Below, piece after piece: positions 8,068 through 18,156 of a stretch of 32,000 nucleotides of DNA. Origin of the DNA: Candidatus Electrothrix sp. GW3-4 (GTDB lineage Bacteria > Desulfobacterota > Desulfobulbia > Desulfobulbales > Desulfobulbaceae). Location: contig NZ_CP147990.1 of assembly GCF_037902255.1 (NCBI RefSeq), positions 1,200,001 through 1,232,000 of the forward strand. The letters are read 5' to 3'. Every line of letters begins with the position of its first letter. The first letter of the stretch is position 1. The position numbers were made by a program, and so were the translations under genes. The notes below the pieces were generated by a model. That model made no database searches, was not told the origin of the DNA, and was given only the letters and a program-made list of their open reading frames with translations.

Positions 8068-8799
8068 TTATTCACTGAAATCGCAGACCAAGGGGGTGTG
8101 GTCTGAGAGGATAACATCGGGTATGAAAAAGTCTTTTACTGTGAGTTCAGGGCTGTAGAGAATAAAATCCAGCTGACGTTTCGGTGAGCGGCTGGGATGA
8201 GAGGGGGAACCTTGGTCATTGGCACTCCGCAGATGCGTTGCTGCAAGGAAAAGGGCAAGCTCCTGGTCACCCCAGAAGACGTTAAAATCTCCAGCCACAA
8301 TGACAGGTCCCTGCGTTGTTGTGACTATCTCATATAGCTGCTGAAGTTGACTTTGTCGGTTGTAATAGGTGAGGGAGAGGTGGACAAGAAAGACCGTGAG
8401 ATTTGCTGTCGTTGCTTCAATGACAAGCTGTTTGATGCCTGTTCGAAAGAAATGAAACTGATGATCAATGATTTTTTCCTTACTCAGGAGGGCATTTCCC
8501 TGCTGAGCAAGTACAGGGACGCGCCGGGGCAGGGAGCCGGAGCGGTATTTTGATTCAACGATATGATGATATCCTAAGCTGCGGGCCAGGGACTCGGCCT
8601 GGCAGCAGTTTCCTGTCCGAAAAGAGCCGGAATCCACTTCCACCAAAGCGACAATATCAGGGGCGAGTCTGGTAATAAACTCTGTGATCTGCCGGTAATT
8701 TTCTATTGAGCGTTTCAGGTACCCGGCATAGGGAACCGGAAAATGGAATTGGCTGCCGATGCCAGCTCCGTAGCGGATATTATAGAGTAAAAAACGCAA
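8068..8799 (-). CDS. Endonuclease/exonuclease/phosphatase (EEP) family protein
   Basis: 243-aa ORF. EEP-type motif order: LLYNIRYG, IVALVEVD, VFLVHLS, VIVAGDFN, LSDHTPL. Starts 2 nt after the pcnB stop, so probably the same operon. Confidence 0.8.
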   Translation of the reverse strand: MRFLLYNIRYGAGIGSQFHFPVPYAGYLKRSIENYRQITEFITRLAPDIVALVEVDSGSFRTGNCCQAESLARSLGYHHIVESKYRSGSLPRRVPVLAQQGNALLSKEKIIDHQFHFFRTGIKQLVIEATTANLTVFLVHLSLTYYNRQSQLQQLYEIVTTTQGPVIVAGDFNVFWGDQELALFLAATHLRSANDQGSPSHPSRSPKRQLDFILYSPELTVKDFFIPDVILSDHTPLVCDFSE

Positions 8800-8801
8800 A
8801 T

Positions 8802-10208
8802 TTACCCCTTGCGTAAGCCAAACACTCCGTGCTTTTCACTGCTAAAGGCCGGGTTATTGCCTCTTCTCCCTCCGCGTCGTGGTTTGTCTGCGGTTGTATT
8901 ATTCGCTGCTGCTGCGGGGAGGGGCTGTGCCCCTGAAGCAGCTCTTGGCGTCTCTTCAATAAATTGATTGAGATCAGTTAATACCTCTCCCTCAATGGCC
9001 TCTTTATACAAGGCGTAAAAACGGGAGCAGTCAGGGAAATAGCTTTTTTTCCGCAACCAGGCTGGCCAATTGTCATTTTTGCGGTTCTTTTCCAAGGAGG
9101 ACATGTTCACGAACAGGGTCGTCATTTTGTCCTTGATAGCCCGTTTCAGATTAAGGCGGCGGGCAAAAAACTGGTCCAGCTCGCCTCTGATTGCTTTGGA
9201 GAGGCGGTGATATCCAGGCCCCTTGAGTTCCTGGTTGAGCAGGTCAAAACGGCGCAGCGCCCAGGGAAAGAGCAGGAAAGCAAAGAGCATGGCATCTTCG
9301 AGAAGCACACGGCCTTTTTCTTTACCCTGGCAATAGACCGTATCAAGGGCGCCGAGTATAGCCAGTAATTCCCCTTGAACGGCCTTTCCCTGTGTTTCGT
9401 CGTTGCACAGCTCGTTGTAAAAGGGAAACAGGGCGGAAAAGACACCGGTCTGAAGAGCCAGTTTTGCCCAGGCCTTACTGGCACCGCCACGCAGGTCCTT
9501 GAGTAACTCATCTCTTACCCTGGAGGTGGGACAGAGGTCAAGCTTGTCCACATGTTTTCTGATGGCTTCCAGGGTCTTTTCCTCAATGGCAAAGCCATTA
9601 CGGGCAGCGTGGCGGATGGCCCGGAGTATGCGGACCGGGTCCCGAATGATTCGTTGCTCAGGCTCACCAACAATGCGGATAATCCCGTCGGTCAGGTCCT
9701 GGACACCACCGACATAGTCAATAACCGTTTTGTTCTCAATTTCATAAAAGAGCGAGTTGATGGTCAGGTCGCGGCGGAAGGCATCCTCTTCCAAGGTGCC
9801 AAAGGTGTTGTTTGTTGGCAGCACCTTATCCGGTTCATCACTATCGAACTCACTTTGCGAGCGCAGGGTGGAGACTTCGATAATTTTATTGCCCCGGAAA
9901 AAGACCTGTACTAAACGAAAACGCCTGCCTATGGTTCTGGAGTTGCGGAATAGTTTGCGGAGCTGACCTGGTCGGGCATTGGTCGATATATCAAAATCTT
10001 TTGGCTTGTTGCCAAGGTAGAGGTCGCGTACGCCCCCGCCAACCAGGTATCCTGAATAGCCCGCATCCCGTAACCGATAGAGAACCTTGAGGGCCTCGGA
10101 TTCAATATCCTTTTCAAGGATGGGATGGTCTTCCGGGGACAAAACAACGCCTTGGTTCCCTTTGCTTGCCTTCGTCAGTTGCGAATCATTTTCAGTGGTG
10201 CTGTTCAT
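8802..10208 (-). CDS. pcnB: Poly(A) polymerase I (tRNA nucleotidyltransferase superfamily)
   Basis: 468-aa ORF. GGGVRDLYLGNKPKDFDISTNARPGQLRKLFRNSRTIGRRFRLVQV closely follows the PcnB head-domain signature. Basic C-terminal tail. Confidence 0.8.
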   Translation of the reverse strand: MNSTTENDSQLTKASKGNQGVVLSPEDHPILEKDIESEALKVLYRLRDAGYSGYLVGGGVRDLYLGNKPKDFDISTNARPGQLRKLFRNSRTIGRRFRLVQVFFRGNKIIEVSTLRSQSEFDSDEPDKVLPTNNTFGTLEEDAFRRDLTINSLFYEIENKTVIDYVGGVQDLTDGIIRIVGEPEQRIIRDPVRILRAIRHAARNGFAIEEKTLEAIRKHVDKLDLCPTSRVRDELLKDLRGGASKAWAKLALQTGVFSALFPFYNELCNDETQGKAVQGELLAILGALDTVYCQGKEKGRVLLEDAMLFAFLLFPWALRRFDLLNQELKGPGYHRLSKAIRGELDQFFARRLNLKRAIKDKMTTLFVNMSSLEKNRKNDNWPAWLRKKSYFPDCSRFYALYKEAIEGEVLTDLNQFIEETPRAASGAQPLPAAAANNTTADKPRRGGRRGNNPAFSSEKHGVFGLRKG

Positions 10209-10404
10209 GGTTGCATACTGGTCTCAAATATCTTTATCACAGAGGTAGACTCTGATCTCTCGGAGGTAACTGGCCTTCTGTACCTTGCGCTGGCCGTCCT
10301 GTTTGCTGGCAGACTTACCTGCTGCATAATGGCAAGGCAAGGAGAGGAAGGGGGGATGCATTCTCACCTGGTCAGGCGGTCTCTGCGCTTCCTTTTTTCT
10401 ACGG

Positions 10405-11373
10405 TCATTCGTTTTCTTGGTAGACAGACTCTGCATCACGGACAAATCTTCTGAAGATCTCTTTGACCGGCAGGATTTCCGTCATCTTATAGGTGTTGGC
10501 ACCACAGAAAACCAGGCCGTTATCAACATCACCTTCACAAGAGGCAACAAGACGATCATTAATGCAATACTTATAGCTGCATTTTTTCAGGCACTTGAAC
10601 TTGCATTTTTCTGGAGAAACATCTTCTCCTGCTTGCATGCGCCTGATGAAATCCGTTTTGATGGCTCGTCCTGTCATGCCTACCGGTGATTGCACATTGA
10701 TAATGTCTTCTTTCTGTGCCTTGAGGTAGGTCTCTTTAAACTCCTGAGAAACAGAGCATTCTTCACTCAGGACAAAACGGGAGGCGATCTGTACTCCGTC
10801 AGCACCGTATTTGTCCATCATCTCGGCCATGTCAAAACCGTTGGTGACACCGCCTGCCGCGATCAGGGGCACCTTGGAAACAACCTTGCGGATCATGGGG
10901 AAGATTTCCCGCAGGGGCTTGTCCGTGCCCAGATGTCCGCCAGCTTCTGCGGCCTCAACAACAATAGCAGCCGCTCCGAGCTTTTCAGCAAGTCGGGCAA
11001 AGGATGGTGAGGAGACGATGGAGACGATAGGTGTGTTATATTGTTTGCCGATTTTAAAGATATCTCGGGAAAATCCAGCCCCGGTGATAATCATATCCAC
11101 TCCGGCCTCGATGGATGCCATGACCAACTCGTGAAAATTTTTCATAGCATACATGATATTGACCGCAATAATGCCGTCTGTCGCCGATTTGGCCTTGCGG
11201 ATATCCTCTTGCAGTTCCGGGACTGGAATGCCGGATCCGCCGATGGTTCCGATACCACCGCAAGCAGCCACAGGGATTGCGAGTGCCGAGGTTGATACCC
11301 GGACAGACATTCCTCCTTGAATAAGAGGAATCCGTGCGGTGAAAGAACCGATTTTAAGTTCAGGTAATTTCAT
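10405..11373 (-). CDS. Nitronate monooxygenase / FabK-like FMN oxidoreductase family protein
   Basis: 322-aa ORF. IPLIQGGMS..., TIM-barrel FMN motifs (AGGHLG, IAAGGV), Cys-rich C-terminal extension. Confidence 0.75.
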   Translation of the reverse strand: MKLPELKIGSFTARIPLIQGGMSVRVSTSALAIPVAACGGIGTIGGSGIPVPELQEDIRKAKSATDGIIAVNIMYAMKNFHELVMASIEAGVDMIITGAGFSRDIFKIGKQYNTPIVSIVSSPSFARLAEKLGAAAIVVEAAEAGGHLGTDKPLREIFPMIRKVVSKVPLIAAGGVTNGFDMAEMMDKYGADGVQIASRFVLSEECSVSQEFKETYLKAQKEDIINVQSPVGMTGRAIKTDFIRRMQAGEDVSPEKCKFKCLKKCSYKYCINDRLVASCEGDVDNGLVFCGANTYKMTEILPVKEIFRRFVRDAESVYQENE

Positions 11374-11642
11374 TATATTCTCTTTGTTTCATTGTATTCT
11401 CTCCGCATACGTCATGATAGAGGCGCCAGAAGAGTTCGCATTCCCTGCATAATGCTACGCCATGATCGCTTTGTCAAGTATCCCCCATCAAGCCGTATTC
11501 AAAATATTTCTTCAGGGTACCATATTCCTACGAGATCGGCTTGACTTTTCCGGGGTAAATGAATTAAGTTTGAAATTTTTCTTTCCTTCTTTCGTGAGGA
11601 GGAAGGGTTGCCCCCTAAGACGGACATATTGAGGAGTATACG

Positions 11643-12899
11643 TTGAAAATTAAGGCCATTAACGGAGTAAAAGATATTCTGTCGGATGAGATTGTTTTCT
11701 GGCAAAAAATCGAAAAGAGAGCTCGTGATATTTTTCGCCGTTTCGGCGTTCATGAAATTCGTCTGCCTCTTTTGGAAAAGACTGAGCTCTTTACCCGTTC
11801 CATCGGTGAGGCCACGGATATTGTTGAAAAGGAGATGTATACCTTTATTGACCAGGGTATTACCATGCGGCCGGAGATCACCGCCTCCTTATTGCGTGCC
11901 TATGTTGAGCACGGCCTCCATGTGCGGCAGCCAGTGCAGCGCCTGTTCAGTATTGGGCCTGTGTTTCGTCACGAACGGCCCCAGATGGGGCGACAGCGTC
12001 AGTTTCACCAGGTGGATGTGGAGATTATCGGGGCCCAGGAGCCTGAGGTTGATGCCGAGTTGATGGCAATGGGACAGATGTTCCTTAATGAGCTGAACCT
12101 GGAGGTGAGCCTTGAGATAAACTCCCTCGGTTGTCCAGAGTGCCGTCCTGCGTTCCGAAAAAAATTGATTGCCTATCTCCAGGAGCGGAGTGAAACCCTC
12201 TGCGATGATTGTAAACGACGGACCGAGAAAAATCCGCTCAGGGCATTGGATTGTAAGCAGCAGGGATGCAAAGCAGCTGTAGAGAATGCGCCCTCTATTC
12301 TGGATAATCTCTGTTCTGGTTGTGAAGAACATTTTATCGGAGTGCAGGCGCAATTAGACCGGCTTGGGGTGGCCTATACCTTGAACCGTTTCATGGTGCG
12401 TGGGCTGGATTATTATAATCGTACCGCCTTTGAATTTTTGACCACAGATCTCGGTGCGCAGGCTGCTGTGGCCGCAGGTGGACGCTATGATGGCTTGGTA
12501 GAGGAACTGGGTGGCCCGAAAAAGACCCCAGGCATTGGCTTTGCAATGGGCATGGAGCGGTTATGTCTCCTGATGCAGCAGCAGGAAGGAGAACAGGAAG
12601 AACTGGGTGGCGCAGATATTTTTGTTGCCGCCCTTGGCGAGCAGGCAATCCAGTTTGCCTCGCCCCTGGTTCACCAACTCCGTCAACGCGGTTTGCAGGC
12701 AGCAATGGATTACAGTAATCGCAGCCTCAAGGCGCAGATGAAACAGGCCGGGCGTCTCAATGCAGGCTTTACCCTGATTATTGGTGAGCAGGAGCTGGAA
12801 CAGGGCAAGGGCATCTTGCGGAATATGAATACCCAGGAGCAGAGTGAGTTTTCTCTGCAGGCTGGAGCTGATGAGCTGGCAAAGTTGGTTGCGGGCTGA
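11643..12899 (+). CDS. hisS: Histidine--tRNA ligase
   Basis: 418-aa ORF. TTG start 6 nt after GAGGAG. Class II aaRS motifs (FRHERPQMGRQRQFHQ, GGGRYDGL) and an anticodon-binding C-terminal domain. Confidence 0.93.
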   Translation: MKIKAINGVKDILSDEIVFWQKIEKRARDIFRRFGVHEIRLPLLEKTELFTRSIGEATDIVEKEMYTFIDQGITMRPEITASLLRAYVEHGLHVRQPVQRLFSIGPVFRHERPQMGRQRQFHQVDVEIIGAQEPEVDAELMAMGQMFLNELNLEVSLEINSLGCPECRPAFRKKLIAYLQERSETLCDDCKRRTEKNPLRALDCKQQGCKAAVENAPSILDNLCSGCEEHFIGVQAQLDRLGVAYTLNRFMVRGLDYYNRTAFEFLTTDLGAQAAVAAGGRYDGLVEELGGPKKTPGIGFAMGMERLCLLMQQQEGEQEELGGADIFVAALGEQAIQFASPLVHQLRQRGLQAAMDYSNRSLKAQMKQAGRLNAGFTLIIGEQELEQGKGILRNMNTQEQSEFSLQAGADELAKLVAG

Positions 12900-13034
12900 T
12901 TTGGAATTTTGAGAAATTTTTGACGGTAGGGGCAGGCCTCTGTGTCTGTCCTGGATTAATATATAATTGGCCCGGAAAGTTCCGGGCAATCACAGGGGAT
13001 TGCCCCTACAATTTTCTGCATCAAGAGAAACATA

Positions 13035-14828
13035 ATGGAATCAATGGGAGCGCTGCGGCGCACACATGACTGTAATACCCTCGGCCTGGACAACCTGGAT
13101 CAGGAAGTCGTCCTCATGGGCTGGGTTCTTCGTCGCCGTGACCACGGCGGGGTTATTTTTATCGACCTGCGCGACCGCTACGGCATCACCCAGGTTGTTT
13201 TTAATCCTGAGATCAACCCGGACGTGCATGCCAAGGCGCATCAACTGCGCTCTGAGTGGGTACTGGCTGTTAAGGGAAAGGTGGAAAGGCGCCCTGGTGA
13301 TATGGCGAACCCTAAGCTGCAGACCGGTGAAATTGAGATCCTGGTCAGTGAGTTGCGTATCCTGAATACCAGCAAGACCCCGCCTTTTCCCCTGGATGAG
13401 GACAGTGAGGTCTCGGATAATATCCGCCTTCAGTACCGCTACATGGATCTCCGTCGTCCTGAAATCGCGAACAATCTGATTATGCGCCATAAGGCGGCCC
13501 AGACGGTGCGTAATTATCTCACGGATAATGATTTCCTGGAGATTGAGACCCCCATGCTCACCCGCTCCACCCCGGAAGGGGCGCGAGATTATCTGGTGCC
13601 CAGCCGGGTGAATGCGGGCAAATTTTATGCGCTGCCGCAGTCTCCGCAGCTTTTTAAGCAGATGCTGATGATTGCTGGTATGGAGCGCTATTTTCAGATC
13701 GTCAAATGTTTCCGTGATGAAGACCTGCGGGCCGACCGTCAGCCGGAATTCACCCAAATCGATATGGAGCTCAGCTTTGTTGGTGAGGATGATATCATTG
13801 CAATCAGCGAGGGCATGGTCAAGGCCGTATTTAAGGCGACTCGGGATATAGATCTGGAACCGCCTTTTCGGCGGATGAAATATGACGAGGCTGTGGCCCG
13901 CTTTGGCACAGATCGTCCGGATACCCGCTTTGGTCTGGAGCTGACCGACCTGACTGAGACCCTGCGTGGTTGCGGCTTCAAGGTCTTTAACTCCATTATT
14001 GACAAGGGCGGGGCGGTCAAGGCGATCAATGCCAAGGGTTGCGGAACGTTCTCTCGTAAGGATCTGGACGATCTGACCAATTTTGCAGGTACCTTCGGGG
14101 CCAAGGGCATGGCCTGGATCAAGATCAAAGAAGATGAGTGGCAGTCGCCCATTACCAAGTTTTTTAACGAGGACGAACTGGCCGCTATGGGCAAGGCCCT
14201 GGAGGCTGAGCCGGGCGACCTGATCCTCTTTGGTGCGGACGACGCAGCCACGGTCAATCAGGTTCTGGCCGAACTGCGCCTGGAGCTGGCCCGTCGGCTT
14301 GATCTCCTGGATGAGAACACCTTTGATTTCCTTTGGATCACCGATTTCCCCTTAGTGGAGTATGATGCCGACCGGAAACGCTATTCCTCAGTGCATCATC
14401 CTTTTACTGCTCCTTTTGAAGAGCATCTTGATATGCTGGAAAGCGATCCGGGTAAGGTCAAGAGTCGGGCCTACGACCTGGTCCTGAACGGGAATGAGAT
14501 TGGTGGTGGTTCTATCCGTATCCATGATCCGCAGGTGCAGGAACGGGTGCTCAAGGTGCTGGGGATTGATGCGAAAGAGGCTGAGGATAAATTTGGTTTC
14601 CTGCTCAATGCTCTGGAGTACGGCGCACCGCCCCACGGCGGTATTGCCTTTGGTGTGGATCGCCTGCTGATGATTCTGACCGGTTCCAGCTCCATCCGGG
14701 ACGTGATCGCCTTTCCTAAGACCCAGAAGGCTACCTGTCCGCTCACCGAAGCACCTTCTTCGGTGGCCCGGAAGCAGCTTACCGAGTTGCATTTGCGGCC
14801 TGATTGGAAAGAGGAGAAGAAAGAGTAG
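13035..14828 (+). CDS. aspS: Aspartate--tRNA ligase
   Basis: 597-aa ORF. OB-fold N-terminus, [33 protein letters not shown] (motif 3). Confidence 0.95.
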   Translation: MESMGALRRTHDCNTLGLDNLDQEVVLMGWVLRRRDHGGVIFIDLRDRYGITQVVFNPEINPDVHAKAHQLRSEWVLAVKGKVERRPGDMANPKLQTGEIEILVSELRILNTSKTPPFPLDEDSEVSDNIRLQYRYMDLRRPEIANNLIMRHKAAQTVRNYLTDNDFLEIETPMLTRSTPEGARDYLVPSRVNAGKFYALPQSPQLFKQMLMIAGMERYFQIVKCFRDEDLRADRQPEFTQIDMELSFVGEDDIIAISEGMVKAVFKATRDIDLEPPFRRMKYDEAVARFGTDRPDTRFGLELTDLTETLRGCGFKVFNSIIDKGGAVKAINAKGCGTFSRKDLDDLTNFAGTFGAKGMAWIKIKEDEWQSPITKFFNEDELAAMGKALEAEPGDLILFGADDAATVNQVLAELRLELARRLDLLDENTFDFLWITDFPLVEYDADRKRYSSVHHPFTAPFEEHLDMLESDPGKVKSRAYDLVLNGNEIGGGSIRIHDPQVQERVLKVLGIDAKEAEDKFGFLLNALEYGAPPHGGIAFGVDRLLMILTGSSSIRDVIAFPKTQKATCPLTEAPSSVARKQLTELHLRPDWKEEKKE

Positions 14829-14854
14829 CCTGACTTTACCGATCCCGCCTGCTG

Positions 14855-14892
14855 ATCCCGGTTTCCAACACTGCTTGGGCCGGGATTTTTTT
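14855..14892 (+). terminator. aspS rho-independent terminator
   Basis: atcccgg (14855-14861) pairs with ccgggat (14880-14886), followed by a T-run. Confidence 0.7.
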
Positions 14893-14960
14893 GCTTTTTT
14901 TGTTACTCTTTTCTCTTTACAGAGTAAGTACTTAGTACAAGATCCTCCAACGCCCGTATA

Positions 14961-16565
14961 TTGACACCCTTTTTTTCGACAACGAGGAGCATTCCCCTGA
15001 AACTAATAATTAATAATTTGCGCATTCCTCTTGAAAAAGATGGGATGGATGAATATGTACATGCTGCTTCCAAAAAGATGGGAATAGGCGAAGGACTATC
15101 CATTTTAAAATTTTTGAGTAAATCTCTGGATTTAAGAAATCAAAATCAATTCTATTACATAGTCTCATTTGTTGTCAGCGTCAGTGACAGCTATGAAAAC
15201 AAGCAAAATTTCCCCAAATATAGAGAACAAATACAAGAAACCAGGAAGGCAGCAAGCAGTAAGGCTAACCCTATCATTGTTGGTTTTGGACCTGCTGGAA
15301 TATTTGCGGCGCTTGAACTTATAGCTTGTGGGCATAAACCTTTAATCTTCGAACGAGGTGAAAAGTTAGAGAAGCGCTCGATTGATGTTCAAAAATTTAT
15401 ACAAGAAAGGGTGTTACATCCTGAATCAAATATTCAATTTGGCGAAGGCGGTGCCGGTTCATACTCAGACGGCAAATTGTTCTCCCGGAGAAATAATAAT
15501 AAAAGCTCTACAAATAGGGTATTGAAAACCTTTGTTCAATTTGGTGCGCCCGATAAAATCGAGTACATCAGCAAGCCACATTTGGGAACGGATGTGTTGT
15601 GCAAAATAGTTCGTAATATGAGACGCTATATTCTTGATAGAGGAGGTGAAATACATTACGGCTCAAAAATGACGGACATCTTGATATCAGAGGGTAAGGC
15701 CTCAGGTGTTATAATAAATGGCGAGAAGGAATATCATTCCTCTCGCATCTATATTGCTTTGGGACATTCTGCACGCGATACAGTTGAGATGATGCATGAA
15801 AAAGGTGTTGCTCTTGAGCAGAGGCCACTTTCTGTTGGTGTGAGAATTGAGCATCCTGTCGAGACTGTAAACCTTATGCGATATGGTGCAAAATATCATA
15901 ACTTTAAAGGATTAGGCGCTGCCACCTATTCTTTGAATTATACGAACCGAAAAATTAAAAGAGGGGTTTATACATTCTGCATGTGCCCTGGAGGTGAGGT
16001 CGTTAATGCTTCATCCGAGCAAGGCATGTTGGTTTTAAACGGCATGAGCTACTCACGACGATCATCACCATTTTCAAATGCAGCGCTGGTTGTAAGATGT
16101 CATACCGACGATTATACATCAACCAGTCCATTGGCTGGCATAAAGTTCCAAAAAGACATTGAGCGAAAGGCCTTTAACGAAGGAGGGAAAAACTGGAAAG
16201 TCCCTGCCCAAAATTTGGTGAATTTTTTAGGAGAGAAGAGCTCTGCTGACTTACATGAAAACTCGTATAAGATGGGAGCCGTTCCTGCTGATATGAAGGA
16301 CATCTTTCCTGGATTTGTGATTGATCAACTGTTGGCGGCATTTAATAAATGGAAAGAAGAAGTACCCTTATTTATTTCAAATCAGGCGATATTATTAGGT
16401 GCGGAAACAAGAACGTCATCTCCTGTACGGATGAAACGCAATGACAACTTTGAATCAGTAAATATAAAAAATTTGTATCCAATAGGCGAAGGTTCAGGTT
16501 ATACAAGCGGAATAACGAGTTCTGCCGCTGATGCTATAAGGGCTGTCGAACTCCACGAATTGTAA
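14961..16565 (+). CDS. FAD-dependent oxidoreductase (COG2509-like NAD(FAD)-utilizing dehydrogenase)
   Basis: 534-aa ORF. Dinucleotide-binding IIVGFGPAGIFAALEL; GEGGAGSYSDGKL; C-terminal GEGSGYTSGITSSAADA. The true start may be CTG 14997, 7 nt after GAGGAG (MKLIINNLRIPLEKD). Visibly AT-rich versus aspS. Confidence 0.8.
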   Translation: MTPFFSTTRSIPLKLIINNLRIPLEKDGMDEYVHAASKKMGIGEGLSILKFLSKSLDLRNQNQFYYIVSFVVSVSDSYENKQNFPKYREQIQETRKAASSKANPIIVGFGPAGIFAALELIACGHKPLIFERGEKLEKRSIDVQKFIQERVLHPESNIQFGEGGAGSYSDGKLFSRRNNNKSSTNRVLKTFVQFGAPDKIEYISKPHLGTDVLCKIVRNMRRYILDRGGEIHYGSKMTDILISEGKASGVIINGEKEYHSSRIYIALGHSARDTVEMMHEKGVALEQRPLSVGVRIEHPVETVNLMRYGAKYHNFKGLGAATYSLNYTNRKIKRGVYTFCMCPGGEVVNASSEQGMLVLNGMSYSRRSSPFSNAALVVRCHTDDYTSTSPLAGIKFQKDIERKAFNEGGKNWKVPAQNLVNFLGEKSSADLHENSYKMGAVPADMKDIFPGFVIDQLLAAFNKWKEEVPLFISNQAILLGAETRTSSPVRMKRNDNFESVNIKNLYPIGEGSGYTSGITSSAADAIRAVELHEL

Positions 16566-16583
16566 GAAATTGAAGAGAGAAAA

Positions 16584-17060
16584 ATGAAAATACGTAAGCT
16601 TACTCCAGAAAATTTTGGCAAAGCCTATGCATTATTGCGTCAGGCGTTTCCTCGTAGCACATATGAAAGACAGTTAGCTGAAAAATTCCACAAGAATGGA
16701 AGGGGCGTTCATGAATGGGTGTGTATTCACTGCAATACAGTAATTGCCTATATTGCTTTTTCTCATGCCTATAACGGCTCTGACATCTGCGGCTTGCATT
16801 TGGGGCCGATGGCTGTAAAATCGGATTTTCAAAAGCAAGGGGTAGGCTCAGAGTTGCTTTGTTTTGCCTTGAGGCAGCCTGAAATAAAGGATAAAACCAT
16901 TTTTGTCTTGGGTGAGCCGAATTTTTATAAGAAATTTGGGTTTGAACTTTGTGCAGCACCAATTTGCCCATTTGACAAAAACAATACCCATTTTCTGGGT
17001 ATACGCAACAACTCAAATAACCAGTTCACTGTTGGATATGAATCTGAGTTTTATAAATGA
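16584..17060 (+). CDS. GNAT-family N-acetyltransferase
   Basis: 158-aa ORF. Acetyl-CoA pocket motif [11 protein letters not shown] followed by FYKKFGF. Confidence 0.7.
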   Translation: MKIRKLTPENFGKAYALLRQAFPRSTYERQLAEKFHKNGRGVHEWVCIHCNTVIAYIAFSHAYNGSDICGLHLGPMAVKSDFQKQGVGSELLCFALRQPEIKDKTIFVLGEPNFYKKFGFELCAAPICPFDKNNTHFLGIRNNSNNQFTVGYESEFYK

Positions 17061-17070
17061 TTTATTCGCA

Positions 17071-17280
17071 GCATTATATTCCGGGGCACCGCCCCACGGC
17101 GGTATTGCCTTTGGTGTGGATCGGCTGATGATGATACTGACCGGCTCTGATTCCATCCGGGATGTGATTGCCTTCCCTAAGACTCAGAAGGCTACCTGTC
17201 CGCTTACTGAGGCCCCGGCTTCGGTTGCCAGGAAGCAACTCACAGAGCTGCATCTTCGACCGGATTGGAAAGAAGATTAA
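17071..17280 (+). pseudogene. Displaced copy 2 of the aspS 3' end (last ~68 codons)
   Basis: Encodes ..[69 protein letters not shown]. Compare aspS ..[72 protein letters not shown]. No upstream aspS body. Starts immediately after the GNAT stop. Confidence 0.9.
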
Positions 17281-17454
17281 GCTGCACAACCTGTCTTTGT
17301 GCCTCCCGATTCCGGTGTCCTTGCCGGGGTCGGGAGAGATTACTTGTTGAATTCCGTAGTGGTAAATATTCAACCATTTTTTGCTGGGTTACGCAAGTTG
17401 TTGATTTACCTGCTCGTAATTTGTATTATTGCTTGACAACTACAGGAGAAGATA

Positions 17455-17937
17455 ATGAAGATTTTTTGGATGGTAACCTTTACCTGTTTTCTATTTGTTA
17501 CCTCTTTAACCACAAAAGGATATGCTCAGGATACAGATAAATCGTTATGGAAAGCTCAAGTTAAACAATTTATAGAAGACAGGACGGATATTGCAAACAA
17601 ACTTGAATCATGTGAAGTTTACGACAAGAAAATTAGAGACCCTTTTATTAATATTTTTATTGATAGAGACGCTGATAGTTTTATTTACATACGTATAAAA
17701 GGTATTATTGACGACAGATGTGTGTATGCTGAAGAATTTATAGGTAATATGCAATTTGAGTGTAAATATTCTGAGGAACAACGAAAAGCAGTAGCTTCTT
17801 ATTATAGAAAGTTGATGAAACAATATTCAAAACAGCTTGCGAAAGATGGCTCTGTGACTTTAGAGTACGATGCTAATAATCCGATGAATATTTATATGAA
17901 TGATGGAACTTGTTCAATTTCGCTCGTTAACAAATAA
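17455..17937 (+). CDS. Secreted Cys-containing protein, function unknown
   Basis: 160-aa ORF. GGAG 7 nt upstream of the ATG. Signal peptide MKIFWMVTFTCFLFVTSLTTKGYAQ. AT-rich. Confidence 0.6.
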   Translation: MKIFWMVTFTCFLFVTSLTTKGYAQDTDKSLWKAQVKQFIEDRTDIANKLESCEVYDKKIRDPFINIFIDRDADSFIYIRIKGIIDDRCVYAEEFIGNMQFECKYSEEQRKAVASYYRKLMKQYSKQLAKDGSVTLEYDANNPMNIYMNDGTCSISLVNK

Positions 17938-18004
17938 GCACTTGTTTACAGGTGGTATTGAATAGATAAGATTATTTTCCTGATATTGCTTGTTGTGATA
18001 CTGT

Positions 18005-18135
18005 GATCCATCCAGGGCGTGATTGCCTTCCCTAAGACCCAGAAGGCCACTTGCCCGCTCACCGAGGCTCCGGCTTCGGTGGCCAGAAAGCAGCTTACTG
18101 AGCTGCATCTCCGACCGGACTGGAAAGAGGATTAA
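18005..18135 (+). pseudogene. Displaced copy 3 of the aspS 3' end (last 38 codons intact, 5' part decayed)
   Basis: From 18019 it encodes [38 protein letters not shown], stop at 18133-18135. Upstream homology (gatccatccaggg; tgatactg at 17994-18001) carries indels relative to copies 1 and 2. Confidence 0.9.
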
Positions 18136-18156
18136 GCCTCACTCTCGCCTTTATGC

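Noticed and set aside
12900-13034. T-box riboswitch upstream of aspS
   Set aside because: The spacer is about 135 nt, too short for a T-box leader, and I see no T-box consensus (AAUUAGGGUGGUACCGCG-like) sequence.
16903-17280. 125-aa track ORF as an intact gene
   Set aside because: Its first half is an out-of-frame read through the GNAT gene. Only the last ~68 codons are meaningful, and they are the displaced aspS fragment.
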